Shown piece after piece: positions 26,455 through 39,094 of a stretch of 64,000 nt of DNA. The notes beneath the pieces were generated by a model. That model saw nothing but the letters and a program-made list of their open reading frames with translations, ran no database searches and had not been told where the DNA came from. This stretch comes from Felis catus (taxonomy: Eukaryota). Position 1 is the first letter of the stretch. Each line of letters starts with the position of its first letter. A program made the translations under genes and the position numbers. The stretch lies in assembly GCF_018350175.1 (NCBI RefSeq), contig NC_058386.1, positions 122,078,001 through 122,142,000 of the forward strand. The letters run 5' to 3'.

Positions 26455-27009
26455 GGAGCTAGTCTAGACCAAGAGCACTTTTGCCATGAGAATGTCTCAC
26501 TGACCTCTCAAGTCGCAAATGCCTTCGGTCAGTATGGGGATGCCCAATATATCCCGTCCACAAAATTCTAGAATCTCGTAGTGAGGCAACCAGCTACCTA
26601 AGTCATCGCCTCTTTATTTGTCATGTGATGTCACAAAGGTGGCTCACAGCTGATCTGGCAAGGCAGCACTGGCCAAGTGTGGGGGAGGGGATGGGCACAG
26701 GGCCCCCAGCTTCTCTCTTTTCCAAAAGTATATGCAAACATCTGGTTTGAGTTCCCAGGAAGGGCTCCTGTCTGCAGCCAGGAAGGAACATTGTTTCATG
26801 GGACCAGGCCCTGGATGGGAAGAGAAACCATGATCCAAGGTCCACTCCCACTCCAGGGATGGGGGAGACAAGTTGCTGGTCTCTCAGATTTGGTCAAGAG
26901 CCAGGCCCTGGTTAGTCCTGGCTTGGGCTGCCCCCAAGACTGCCTGGGTCAGATGGACCCTTGGGGTCGGTACCTCTCAGAAGATGGCAATCCCTAGAGG
27001 ACTTGTCCT

Positions 27010-29097
27010 AGTCTTACTTGGTAGCCCCCGTTTATTCCTACCTGCCCTCCCCCCCCCATACTTACTGCTTTGGTCTCTTCCAAAATTTCCTGCTGGTTAC
27101 TTGGTACTGCTCAGAAAGGCCCCAACAAAAAGTCCTGTTTTCATGCCCCCTGTGTCAAGTTGTCCTCAGGGTAGGGTCTCAGGCCCCCTTTTATGCTGCC
27201 CCCACACAATTCCCTTTTTGGTCTCTTCCAACTGTTCCTGCTAGTTAGTTGGTCCTGCTCAGATAGGCCCCAACAAAGGGTCCTATTTTCTTGTCCCCTG
27301 GTTCAAGTTGTCCCCAGAGTAGGGTCTCAGTTGATGAGCCCCCCTTTTATTCCTGCCCCCCCCCACTTCCTGCTTTGGCCTCTTCCACGTATTCCTGCTG
27401 GTTAGTTGCTCCTACGCATATAGGCCCCAGCAAAGAGTCCTATTTTCTTCCTCCAGGTCAAGTTGTCCTCAGGGCAGGGTTTCAGTTGGTAGCCCCCCAT
27501 TTATTCCTGATGCCCCCCCACACTCACCGCTTTGGTCTCTTCCAACTGTTCCTGCTGGTTAGTTGCTCCTGCGCATAGACCCCAAAAGAGACTCCGATTT
27601 TCTTGCCCCCTAGGTCAGGTTGTCCCCAGAGTAGGGTCTCAGTTGGTAGCCTCCCCTTTTATTCCTGTCACCCCCCCCCCCCACTTCATGGTTTGATCTC
27701 TTCCATTGTTCGGGCTTGTTAGTTGCTCCTGCTCAGATAGGCCCCAACAAAGAGTCCTGTTTTCGTGCCCCTAGGTCAAGTTGTCCTCAGAATAGGGTTT
27801 CAATCGGTAGCCCCCCATTTATCCCTGTCGCCCTTCCCACAACTTACTGCTTTTGTCTCCTCGAAAGATTCCTGCTGGTTAGTTGTTACTGCTCAGACAG
27901 GTCCCAACAAAGAGTCCTGTTTTCTTGCCCCCTACAATAAGTTGTCCTCAGAGTAGGGTCTCAGTTGGTAGCCCCATTTTATTCCTGGCCCCCCCACCAC
28001 TTCTTGGTTTGATCTCTTCCACTGTTCCTGCTGGTTAGTTGGTCCTGCTCAGATAGGCCCCAACAAAGAGTCCTGTTTAATTGCCCTCTAAGTCAAGTTG
28101 TCCTCAGAGTAGAGTCTCAGTTGGTAGCCCCCCTTTTATTGCTGCACCCCCACACTTCCCACGTTGGTCTCCCCCAATTGCTCCTGCAGGTTAGTTGCTC
28201 CTGCTCACCTAAGCCCCAAGAAAGGGTCCCATTTTCTTGTCTTGTCCCCTAGGTCAAATTGTCCCCAGAGTAGGGCCTCAGTTGCTAGCCCACCCTTTTA
28301 TTCCGGACCCATTAACTAACTTCCTGCTTTGGTCTCTTCCAACTGTCCCACTGGTTAGTTGGTGCTGCTCAGATAGGCCCCAACAAAGGGTCCTGTTTTC
28401 TTGCCCCAGGTCAAATTGTCCTCAGAGTACATTCCTAGTTGGTCGCCCCACTTCTATTTCTGCCCCTCCCCCACTTCCCGCTTTGGTCTGCTCCACTGTT
28501 CCTGCTGGTGAGTTGCTCCTGCTTAGGTAGGCCCCAACAAATAGTCCAATTTTCTTCCCCCTAAGTCAAGTTGTCCTCAGAATACGGTCTCAGTTGGTAG
28601 CCTCCGCTTTTATTCCTACCCCTCCCCACACTTTCTGCTTAGCTAACACCTGGTCCTGCTGGTGAGTTGTTCCTCCTCAGATAGTCCCCAAGAAAGACTC
28701 CTGTTTCCGTGCACCCAGGTCAAGTTGTCCTCAGAATAGGGTTTCAGTTTGTAGCCCCCCCCTTTCATTCCCTCTCCCGCACTTCCCAATTTGTGTCTTC
28801 CAACTATTCCTGCTGGTTAGTTGGTCCTGCTCAGATAGGGCCCAACAAAGAGTCCTCTTTTCTTTCTCCCAGGTCAAGTTGTCATCAGAGTTGGGAGTCA
28901 GTTGGTGGACCCCCTTTTGTTCCTACCACCCACCCCACGCTTCCTGCTTTGGTGTTTTCGAACTGTTCCTGCTGGTTGGTTGGTCCTGCTCAGAAAGTCT
29001 CCAACTGTGAGTCCTATTTTCATTCCCCTAGGTCAACCTGATCTCAGAGTAGGATTTCAGATGGTAGCCTCCTTTCTATTCCTACCACTCCCCCCCA

Positions 29098-29141
<44 letters not shown>

Positions 29142-32100
29142 CCTGGTTTGGTCTATTCCAACTGTTCCTGCTGGTTAGTTGGTCCTGCTCAGATAGTCCC
29201 CAACAATGACTCCTATTTTCTTGCCCACAGGTAAAGTGGCCCTCAGAGTAGGGTTTCAGTTGGTAGCCCCCTTTTATTCCTGCTGCCTTTGCCCCACACT
29301 TCCTGCTTTGCTGTTTTCCAACTCTTCCTGCTTATTAGATAGTACCGCTCAGGCCAGAAGGAAGAGCCCTGGTTTCTTGCCCCGTAGATCACCTTGTCCA
29401 TAGAGTAGGATCTCAGTTGGTGTCCACTTTTGTTCCTGCCTCCCCACTTCCTGCTTTGGTCTCTTCCAACTGTTCCTGCTATTTAGTTGGTCCTTCACAG
29501 ATAGCCCCAAAGAGAGAGTCCTGTTTCTTCCCCCCCCCCCCCCGCCTAGGTCATGTATTCCCCAGAGTATGGTCTCAGTTGGTAGCCCCCCCTTTTATTC
29601 CTGCCTCCCCACATTCTGCTTTGGTCTCTAACAACTGTTCCTGATGGGTAGTTGGTCCTGCTCAGAAAGGCCCCAACAAGCAGTCCTATTTTCTTGTCCC
29701 AGATCAATCTCTCCTCAGAGTAGGGTTTCAGTTGGAAGTACCCCTTTTGTTCCTACCGCCCCCCCCACACTTCATGCTTTGTTCTTTTCCAAGTGTTCCT
29801 GCTTGTTAGTTAGTCCTGATCAGATAGGCCCCAAGAAAAAGTCCTGTTTCTGTGCCCCCAGGGCTAGTTGTTCTCAGAGTGGATTTTCAGTTGGAAGCCC
29901 CCTTTGCATTCCTGCCCAGCACACACTTCCTGCTTTGGTCTCTTCCAACTGTTCCTCTTGGTTAGTTGGTCCTGCTCATGTAGGCCCAAACAAAGATTCC
30001 TCTTTTTTTTGCCCCCTAGGTCAAGTTGTCCTCAGAGTAGAGTCTCAGATGATAGCCCCCCTTTTATTTCTGCCTTCTCCCACTTTCTGCTTTGGTCTCT
30101 TACAACTATTCCTGATGGTTAGTTGGTCCTACTCAGATGGGCCCCAAGAAAGAGTCCTCTTTTCTTGCCCCTGAGGCCCAGTTTCCCTCAGAGAAGGGTT
30201 TCCTTTGGGTGCCCCAGTTTTATTCCTGTTCCACCCAACACTTCCCTAGGTGGTCTCTTCAACTGCTCAAGCTAGTTAGTTGATCCTTCTAAGATAGGCC
30301 CCAGGAAGGAGCCCTGTTTTTTGCCCCCTAGGTCACACTGTCTTCAGAGAAGCATATCAGTAAGTAGCCCCCTTTTTATTCCTACCCCCTCCGCACACTT
30401 TCTGCTTAGCTGTCTAACACCTGTTCCTACTGGTGAGTTGGTCCTCCTCAGATGGTCCCTACAAAGTGTCCTATTTTCTTGCCCCCAAGTCAAGTTGTCC
30501 TCGGAGTAGGGTTTCAGTTGGTAGGCCCTCTTTTATTCCCTCTCCCACACTTCCCGCTTCCCTCCCTTCCAACTATTCCTGCTGCTTAGTTGGTCCTGCG
30601 CAGATACGCCCAACAGAGAGTCCTAATTACTTGCCCCCTAGGTCAAATTGTCCCCAGAGCAAGGTCTTAGTTGTTGGCGTCCCCTTTTATTCCTGCACCC
30701 CCTACTTCCTGCTTTGGTCTCTTCCAACAGTTCATGCTGCTTACTAGGTCCTGCTCAGGTAGACCCCAATAAAGACTCCTATTTTCTTGCCCCCTGGTCA
30801 ATTTGTCCTCAAAGTAGGGTTTCAGTTGGCAGCCCCACTTTTATTCCTGCTGCCTCACCCACACAATGCCTGCTTTGGTCGCTTCCAACTGTTCCCTCTA
30901 GGTAGTTGGTCCTACTCAGAACCCCCACCCCCCCCAAATTCCTGTTTCCTTGCCCCCAGGGCATGTTTTCCTCAGAGGTGTGTTTCCGTTGGTAGTCCCC
31001 CTTTTATTCCTGCCCCCACACACTTCCCCCTTTGGTCTCTTCCAACTACTTTGGTAACTTGGTCCTGCTCAGATAGGCCCCAACAAAGAGTCCTGTTTTC
31101 TTGGCCCCAGGTTACATGGTCCTCAGAGTAGGGCCTTAGTTGGTAGCCCCACTTTAATGCTGCCACCCCGCTTCAAGCTCTTGTCTTCTCCAACTGTTCC
31201 TGCTGATTAGTTGGGCCTTGTTAGATAGGCTGCAGCAAAGAGTCCGGTTTCCTTGCCCCCTAGGCCAAGTTGTCCTCAGAGTAGGGTCTCAGTTTGTAGG
31301 CCCCCTTTTATTCCTACCTCCTCTGCACACTTTCTGCTTAGCTGTCTAACAACTGTTCCTACTGGTGAGCTGGTCCTCCTCAGATAGTCCCAACAAAGAG
31401 TCCCGTTTTCTTACCCCCATGTCAAGTTGTCTTCAGAGTAGCGTTTCAGTTTGTAGCCCCCCTTTTATTCTCTCTCCCCCACTTCCTGCTTTGGTCTCTT
31501 CCACCTATTCCTGCTGGTTAGTTGGTCTTGCTCAGATAAGGCCCAACAAAGAGTCCTCTTTACTTGCCCCCTAGGTCAAGTTGTCCCCAGAGTAAGGTCT
31601 TAGTTGTTAGCCCCCCCCCCCTTTCTTCCTGGGCCAACAGTTCTTGCTAGGTTGGTCCAACTCAGGTAGGCCGCAACAATCAGTCCTATTTTCATGTCCT
31701 TATGTCATGTTGTCCTCAAAGTAGGGTTTCTGTCGGTAGCCCCCTTTTTGTTCCTGCCAACCCCTTACACACACTTCCTCATTTCTTCTCTCGTAATGGT
31801 TCCTGCTGGTGAGTTGGTCCTGCTCATGTAGGCCCGAAACAAGAGTCCTGTTTTCTTGCCCCCTAGGTCAATTTGTCCTCAGAGTAGGGTCTCAGTTGGT
31901 TGCCTCCCTTTTTCTCCTGCCTCCCCACATCCTGCTTTGGTCTCTCACAACTGCTGCTATTGGTTCATTGGTCCTGCTAAGATAGGCCCCAACAAAGAGT
32001 CCTGTTTTCACGCCCCCAGATCAAGTTATCCTCAGAGCAGGGTCTCAGTTGGTAGGCCCTCTTGTATACCTGCCCTCCCCACTTCCTGGTCTCTTCCAAC

Positions 32101-35100
32101 TGCTCCTGCCGGTTAGTTGTTCCTGGTCAGGTAAGCCCCAACAAAGAGTTCTGTTTTCTTGCTCCAGGTCAAATGGTCCTCAGAGTAGGGTCTCAGTTGG
32201 TCGCCCCACTTTTATTGATGCCTCCCCTCACTTCCAGCTTTGATCTGCTCCAAAGGTTCCTGCTGGTTAGTTGGTCCTGTTCAGATAGACTCCAACAAAG
32301 AGTCTTGTTTTCTTGCCCCCATGTCAGTTTGTCCTCAGAGTAGGGTTTCAACTGGGAGCCCCTTTTTATCCCTGCACCCCCTCACACACTTCCAGCTTTG
32401 GTCTCTTCCAACTGTTCCTGCTGGTTAGTTGGTCCTGCTCAGATGGGCCCAAAAAAAGAGTCCTGTTTTTTTTTCCCACTAGGTCAAGTTGATCTCACAG
32501 TAGGTCCTCAGTTCGTAGACCCCCTTTGATTGCCTCCACCAAACACCTGCCGCATTGGTCTGTTCCAACTGTATCTGCTGGTTAGTTGGTTCTTCTCAGA
32601 TGGGCCGCAACAAAGAGTCCATTTCTCATGACCCCTAGATGAAGTTATCCTCAGAGTATGGTCTCTGTTGGTTGTACCCCTTCTATTCATGCCACCCCCC
32701 TCTGCCTGCTTTGGTATGTTCCAACTGTATCTGCTGGTTAGTTGGTTGTCTTCCGATAGGCCCCAAGAAAATGTCCTATTTTCTTGCCCTCTAGGTCAAG
32801 TTTTCTGCAGAGTAGGGTCTCAGTTTGTAGCTTCCCCATTTATTCCTGCCCCCCCCCCCCGCTTCCTCCTTTGGTTTAATCCAATATTTCCTGCTGGTTG
32901 GTTACTCCTGCTCAGATAGGCCCCCAGAAGAGTCCTGTTTTCTTCTTGCCCCAGGTCAAGTTCTCCTCCGAGTAGGGTTTCAGTTTGTGGCCCCCCCTAT
33001 TATTTTCTCCCCCCATGCTTCCCGCTTTGGTCTCTTCCAGCTGGTCCTGCTGGTTAGTTGGTCCTGCTCAGGTAGACACGCACCGGTAGTCCTGGTTTCT
33101 TGCCACCGGGTCAAATTGTGTTCAGGATAGGGTCTCAGATGGTTGCCTTCCCTTTTATTTGTTTCCCCCACTTCCTGCATTGGTCTCTTCAAAATGTTAA
33201 TGCTCGTTAGTTGCTCCGGCACAGATAGGCCCCAACAAAGAGTCCTTTTTTCTTGCCCCCAGGTAAAGTTCTACTCAGAGAATGGTTTCAGGTGGTTGCC
33301 CCCCTTTTATTCCTGCTGCCCCCCTCACAGTTTCTGCTTTGGTCTCTTCCTACTGGTCCTGCTGATTAGTGTTCCTGCTCAGATAGGCCCCAAAAAGAGT
33401 CCTGTTCTCTTGCCCCCAGTTCAAGTTGCCCTCAGAGTAGTTTCTCAGTTGGTAGCCCCACCTTTATTCCTACCGCCAACAAAGTTCCGCCTCGGTCTCC
33501 TCCACGTGCTCCTGCCGGTTAGTTGGTCCTCTTCAAATAGGCCACAACAATGAGTCCTTTTATCTTTCCCCCAGGTCAAGTTGTCCTCAGAGTAGGGTTC
33601 CAGTTGGTAGCCCCCATTTTATTCCAGCCACCCCTCCCAGCACACACTCCCATCTTTGGTCTCCACCAAATATTCCTGCTGGTTAGTTGGTCCTGCGCAT
33701 TTAGGCCCGAGCAAAGAGTCCTGTTTTCTTGTCCTCTAGATCAAGTGGTCCTCAGAGTAGGATCCAGTTGGTAGCCCCTCCCCCCCACTTTCTGCTTTGG
33801 TCTTTTCCAACTGTTCCATCTGGTGAGTTGGGCTTGCTCAGATAAGCCCCAAAAGAAAGTCCTGTTTTCTTGCCCCCAAGTCATGTTGTCCTCAGAGTTG
33901 GTTTTCCGTTGTTAGCTCCCCTTTTATTCATGGTGGCCACACACTTCCCACTTTGGTCTCTTCCAACTGATCCTGCTGGTTAGTTGGTGCTGCTCACGTA
34001 ATGCCCTGATAACACGTCCTGATTTCTTGCTCCCTAGGTCACGTTGTCATCAGAGTAGGTCTCAGTTGGTAGCCCTGCTTTTATTCCCGCACCCCCCCCC
34101 CCACTTTTCCTGCATTGGTCTCTTCCAAATGTTCCTGCTGCTTAGGTGGTCCTGCTCACATAGGCCCCAACTTAGAGTCCTGATTTCTTGTCCCATAAGT
34201 CAAGTTGTCCTCAGAGTCGGGTCTCAGTTGGTTGCTCCCCTTTTATTCCCACCCCCCACACACTTCCCTATTTGGTCTCTTCTAACTGTTCCTTCTAGTT
34301 ACTTGGTCCTGCTCACCTATGTCCCAACACAGACTCCTGTTTTCTTGCCCCCTAGGTTCAGTTGCCCTCAGAGTAGGGTCTCAGTTGGTAGCCCCCCTCC
34401 TCACTCTTGCCCCCCCCCCGCACTTCCTGCTTTGGTCTCGTCCAATTGTTCCTGCTGATGAGTACATCCTGCTCAGATAGGCCCCAACACAGAGTCCTGG
34501 TTTTTTTGCCCCCAAGTCAAGTTGTCCTCAGAATAGAATTGCACGCAGTAGCCCTGCCTTTATTCCTGCACATCCCAACTTCCTGCTTATGTCTGCTCCA
34601 AATGTCCCTGCTGGTTCCTTGCTCTGCTTAGGCCCCAACGAAAAGTCCTATTTTCTTGCCGCCTAGATGAAGCTGTCCCCAAGGTAGGGTCTCAGTTGGT
34701 AGTCCCCCTTTATACTCGCAGCCTCACCCCACACATTTTGCTTTGGTCTTTTCCAAGTATTCCTGCTTGTTAGTTGGTTCTGCTCAGATAGGCCCCAACA
34801 AAAAGTCCTATATTCTTGCTCTCTGGTCAAGGAGTCCTCAGAGTAGGGTTTCACGGGGTACCCGTCTTTTATTCCTGCCTCCTCACTTCCCACTTTGGTC
34901 TCTTCCAAATGTCCCTGCCGGTTAATTGTTCCTGCTCAGATAGGGCGAACAAAGAGTTATGTTTTCATGCCCCCTAGGTCAAGTTATCCTCAGAGTAGTG
35001 TCTGAGTTTGTACCCTCCTTTTATTCTTGTCCTCCCCCAATTCCCACTTTGATCTCTTCCAACAGTTCCTTCTGGTTAATTGGTCCTGCTCTGATAGGCC

Positions 35101-36756
35101 CCGACAAAGACTGATTTTCTTCCCCCAGGTCAATTTGTCCTCAGAGTTGGTTTTCAGTTTGTAGCCCCACTTTCATTCCTGCCACCCCCCAACACACGCA
35201 CGCACGCGCACACACACACAGACACACACACACACACACACACACACATTCCTGGTTTGGTCTCCTCCAAATGTTCCTGATGAGTTGGTTCTGCTCAGAT
35301 AGGCACCACCAAGAGTCCTGTTTTCCTGCCCCCTATGTCGAATTGTCCTCAGAGTAGTGTCTCACTTGGTAGCACCCCTTTTATTCCTGCCCCTCCCCAC
35401 TTCCCGCTTTGGTCTCTTGCAACTGTTCCTGCTGGTTAGTTGGTCCTACTCAGATAGGCCCCAGCAAAGAGTCCTGTTGACTTGCCCCCAGGTCAAGTTG
35501 TCCTCAGAGTAGGGTCTCAGTTGGTAGGCCCCCTTTATTGCTTCCACTTGCTGCTTTGGTCTCTTCCAACTGTTCCTTTTGGTTGGATGGTCCGGCTCAG
35601 ATAGGCCCCAGGAAAGAGTCCTATTTCGATGCCCCAGGTCAAGGTGTCTTCAAAGTAGGGTTTCAGTTTTTAGTCCCCCTTTGTTCCCTTCCCCACTCTT
35701 CCCGCTGTGGTCTCCTCCAACTGTTCCTGCTTCTTAGTTGGTCCTGCTCAGATAGACACGCACCGGTAGTCCTGGTTTCTTGCCACCGGGTCAAATTGTG
35801 TTCAGGATAGGGTCTCAGATGGTTGCCTTCCCTTTTATTCGTTTCCCCCACTTCCTGCATTGGTCTCTTCAAAATGTTAATGCTCGTTAGTTGCTCCGGC
35901 ACAGATAGGCCCCAACAAAGAGTCCTTTTTTCTTGCCCCCAGGTAAAGTTCTACTCAGAGAATGGTTTCAGGTGGTTGCCCCCCTTTTATTCCTGCTGCC
36001 CCCCTCACAGTTTCTGCTTTGGTCTCTTCCTACTGGTCCTGCTGATTAGGTGTTCCTGCTCAGATAGGCCCCAAAAAGAGTCCTGTTCTCTTGCCCCCAG
36101 TTCAAGTTGCCCTCAGAGTAGTTTCTCAGTTGGTAGCCCCCCGTTTATTCCTACCGCCAACAAAGTTCCGCCTCGGTCTCCTCCACGTGCTCCTGCCGGT
36201 TAGTTGGTCCTCTTCAAATAGGCCACGACAATGAGTCCTTTTATCTTTCCCCCAGGTCAAGTTGTCCTCAGAGTAGGGTTCCAGTTGGTAGCCCCATTTT
36301 ATTCCAGCCACCCCTCCCCAGCACACACTCCCATCTTTGGTCTCCACCAAATATTCCTGCTGGTTAGTTGGTCCTGCGCATTTAGGCCCGAGCAAAGAGT
36401 CCTGTTTTCTTGTCCTCTAGATCAAGTGGTCCTCAGAGTAGGATCCCAGTTGGTAGCCCCTCCCCCCCACTTTCTGCTTTGGTCTTTTCCAACTGTTCCA
36501 TCTGGTGAGTTGGGCCTGCTCAGATAAGCCCCAAAAGAAAGTCCTGTTTTCTTGCCCCCAAGTCACGTTGTCCTCAGAGTTGGTTTTCCGTTGTTAGCTC
36601 CCCTTTTATTCATGGTGGCCACACACTTCCCACTTTGGTCTCTTCCAACTGATCCTGCTGGTTAGTTGGTGCTGCTCACGTAATGCCCTGATAACACGTC
36701 CTGATTTCTTGCCCCTAGGTCACGTTGTCATCAGAGTAGGTCTCAGTTCGTAGCCC
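27010..36756. repeat. ~156-bp tandem satellite, array 1 (~60 monomers)
   Basis: Consensus GGTCAAGTTGTCCTCAGAGTAGGGTCTCAGTTGGTAGCCCCCCTTTTATTCCTGCCCCCCCACACTTCCTGCTTTGGTCTCTTCCAACTGTTCCTGCTGGTTAGTTGGTCCTGCTCAGATAGGCCCCAACAAAGAGTCCTGTTTTCTTGCCCCCTA. Monomer starts at ~27301, 27456, 27613, 27774, 27935, 28091, 28252, 28409, 28564 (spacing 155-161). Confidence 0.95.
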
Positions 36757-37465
36757 GCACATTCCACACCTCCTCCTCAGGGGCACAGTTGTTCTCCAGG
36801 AGGACCACCCCCAAGACCAGCACCAGGAAGCTGGCCGTGGGCATGCCCTGCCTACTGCTTAGCATCCCATCACATATCAGGCCAAGGATGGTGACCAGGA
36901 AGAAGGAGTGGTCTCTGGCGTCCGCTTCCTTCACGTCAACTCCAACGGCCAGCTGCAGATACTCGCAGGCTTGGCGGAAGATCACGGAGACGTGGTCCTG
37001 GTCATCTTGGCTGACCGCCGCCAGCATCTCCGCCTGTGTGGTCGGTCGGCTGCTGAGTGCGATACTTGAGAGCAGGAATGCCACCAGGTCAGCCAGCCTC
37101 ATGCCGAATGCATCTGGGAGCGAGGGCTGGGCTCCTTGTGGGGCCCCTCTGGTGCTGGACCCCTCCTCATCGGGGCTGCTGGGGTCCTCATCGGACTGGC
37201 TCCACGGAGCACCTGCCATGTCAGCGGGGGAGGGGCAGGCATTCGGAAGGCTCAGACTGACTCTGTTGAGGGGCCCAGGCTCCCTCTGTCCTCCTTCTGC
37301 ATCCTCGCCAAGAATGGCCACAGGGCCCAGGCCCTGCCCTCTGCCCACTTGAGGTGTCCCAGCCGCCTCCCCCCGCCCACACACACACACACACACCCCG
37401 TGTCTGTGAGACTCCACTGTGGAAGTCTGGCCCGACTCATCCACCCAAATGCCCATCCTGCCCAT
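36743..37465 (-). pseudogene. Truncated/chimeric MAGE-A paralog, copy 1 (open 240-codon frame; 158 aa from the ATG at 37219)
   Basis: Contains about the first half of the MHD (...QAEMLAAVSQDDQDHVSVIFRQACEYLQL...GMPTASFLVLVLGVVLLENNCAPEEEVW), then runs into satellite. Lacks the normal N-terminus and the C-terminal MHD. Confidence 0.8.
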
Positions 37466-38617
37466 GGCCCTTCACAGAAGGACGCGGGTGCCCGAACTCT
37501 GGCAGGTTCCTTCTGTGTGTCCTAGGGACCTGAGTCCTTCGGTCCGCCCCCCATGTCCCCACCTGGACTCCCTAGCCCGGCCCGTGCCCCTGCCCTTTCT
37601 GACCTGGGATCCTGTCCCTCACCCCAAGGTCCTCGGCTCCCTCAAACCCCCGAGGTACAGTTGAGTGGACACAGCCTGCGGCCGCCCTCTCCAGAAACCC
37701 CGGCCTCAGCGGGGCCTGAGCGCCTCTACCCAGGGTGGGTGGGTGTAGTAGGCCCTACCGCTCTCCCTCAGGTCCAGACACCAGCTCCAGGAAGAGCCTG
37801 GGCCCGTCCCTCTGGGGCCCCGAGTCTACCACCCTTAGCCCCGCTGGGAGAAGGGCTCCGCCTGACCACCCTGCCGGGGTCTCTCGGGCTGCCGGCTGGA
37901 CTGACCTGGATTCCGGGATGGGGGGGCCGGCCGTGCTCCCTCACATGTCGACGTGCACGCCTTGCTGCCCGGCCGGGCCCCTTCTCTCTGCCGGCCCGAA
38001 CCAGGCATCCCAGACTGAGGCTCCCACCTCTGTCACCATCCTTTCCGGGATCCTCACCTTGACTCTGACCGGCTCGGGCCGTGCCCCCGCCCTCTACACA
38101 GCTGAGTCTGTGCGCCTCAGATCCAGGCTCTCACTCCCTGACTTCCTGGAGACGGAGGCAGGGAGCACACCGCAGCCACTGTCCCCACCCCGCTACATTG
38201 TGATCAGCTACCCAGAAGGCATCACACTGACCAGAGACACCAAGCCAGCCTGGCTCAGGATGTCTCCACTGTAGGGCTCCCCCTGGAGCCACACTGCCTC
38301 ACCCTCCTTTGATTTGTTCTGCTCCTCTTAGGGGACCCTTCCCTGCCTTCCCACTGGGACTGTCGCTGCTAGACAGTCACCTAGGGGTGGGACGTGTCCC
38401 GCCTCTCCTAGTGTCCTCACTGCCAACACAGGGCCCTTCCGAGAGTGAGCAGAGCTCAGCGAATGTCCGGCCACAAATGTCCCAGTGAGCTGGGGACCTC
38501 TGCTCAGATCGAGTGTCTCCTCCTTTCTTGGAGACCCAAGCAAAGGCAGGCACACATCTCTATGTCCCTCGTCCAGAATGACAGACGACAAGGGACGAGA
38601 AGCAAGAACGAACATCT

Positions 38618-38623
38618 TTTATT
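38618..38623 (-). terminator. AATAAA polyA signal, MAGE copy 1
   Basis: tttatt ~470 nt downstream of the stop; on the - strand followed by a GT-rich stretch (gatgttcgttcttg). Confidence 0.65.
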
Positions 38624-39094
38624 GCTCCATGCCCTGAAACCATCCGTTTACTGCCAAGGTCTTCACGTTTGCAAGACATCCCTGTCTGTGCCCAGCCCAG
38701 GCACCGCGTTTCCCTTCTGGATCCCGAACGAGGACGGAAGGGTTCCCAGCTCGTTGCACCAAACGGCACAACTCTGACTCTTGAACACCTGTGGCGTGGG
38801 TGCCACTCCCACACTGAGCCCGAAGCTCACGAAACCTTCTATGACAAGGAACAACATCGGAAAACTTCCTCGAGGAAACAAAGATCGATTTCCGAGGCCA
38901 CGTAGACAGAGAACAAGAACCCACCCAAACGCGCGCTTGGCCCCGCTTTCCCCCAAGCCGCCCTGGCCCTCCACTACTCACAACGCCCAGCGCCCGCTCT
39001 GCTCGCACTCGCAGGGGAGAAGTGGCCTGGCTTCGTGCCCCGCAGGAGAAGCTGCTCGACCCCAGGTGGGAACGGGCCCGGCTGCCCCTCGGGC

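Noticed and set aside
27010-27500. Retroviral origin of the monomer (GRDQSRKCGGAG vaguely like a Gag zinc knuckle; LTR-enhancer-like motifs)
   Set aside because: Similarity is too weak to support by eye; it needs an nhmmer search against ERV libraries.
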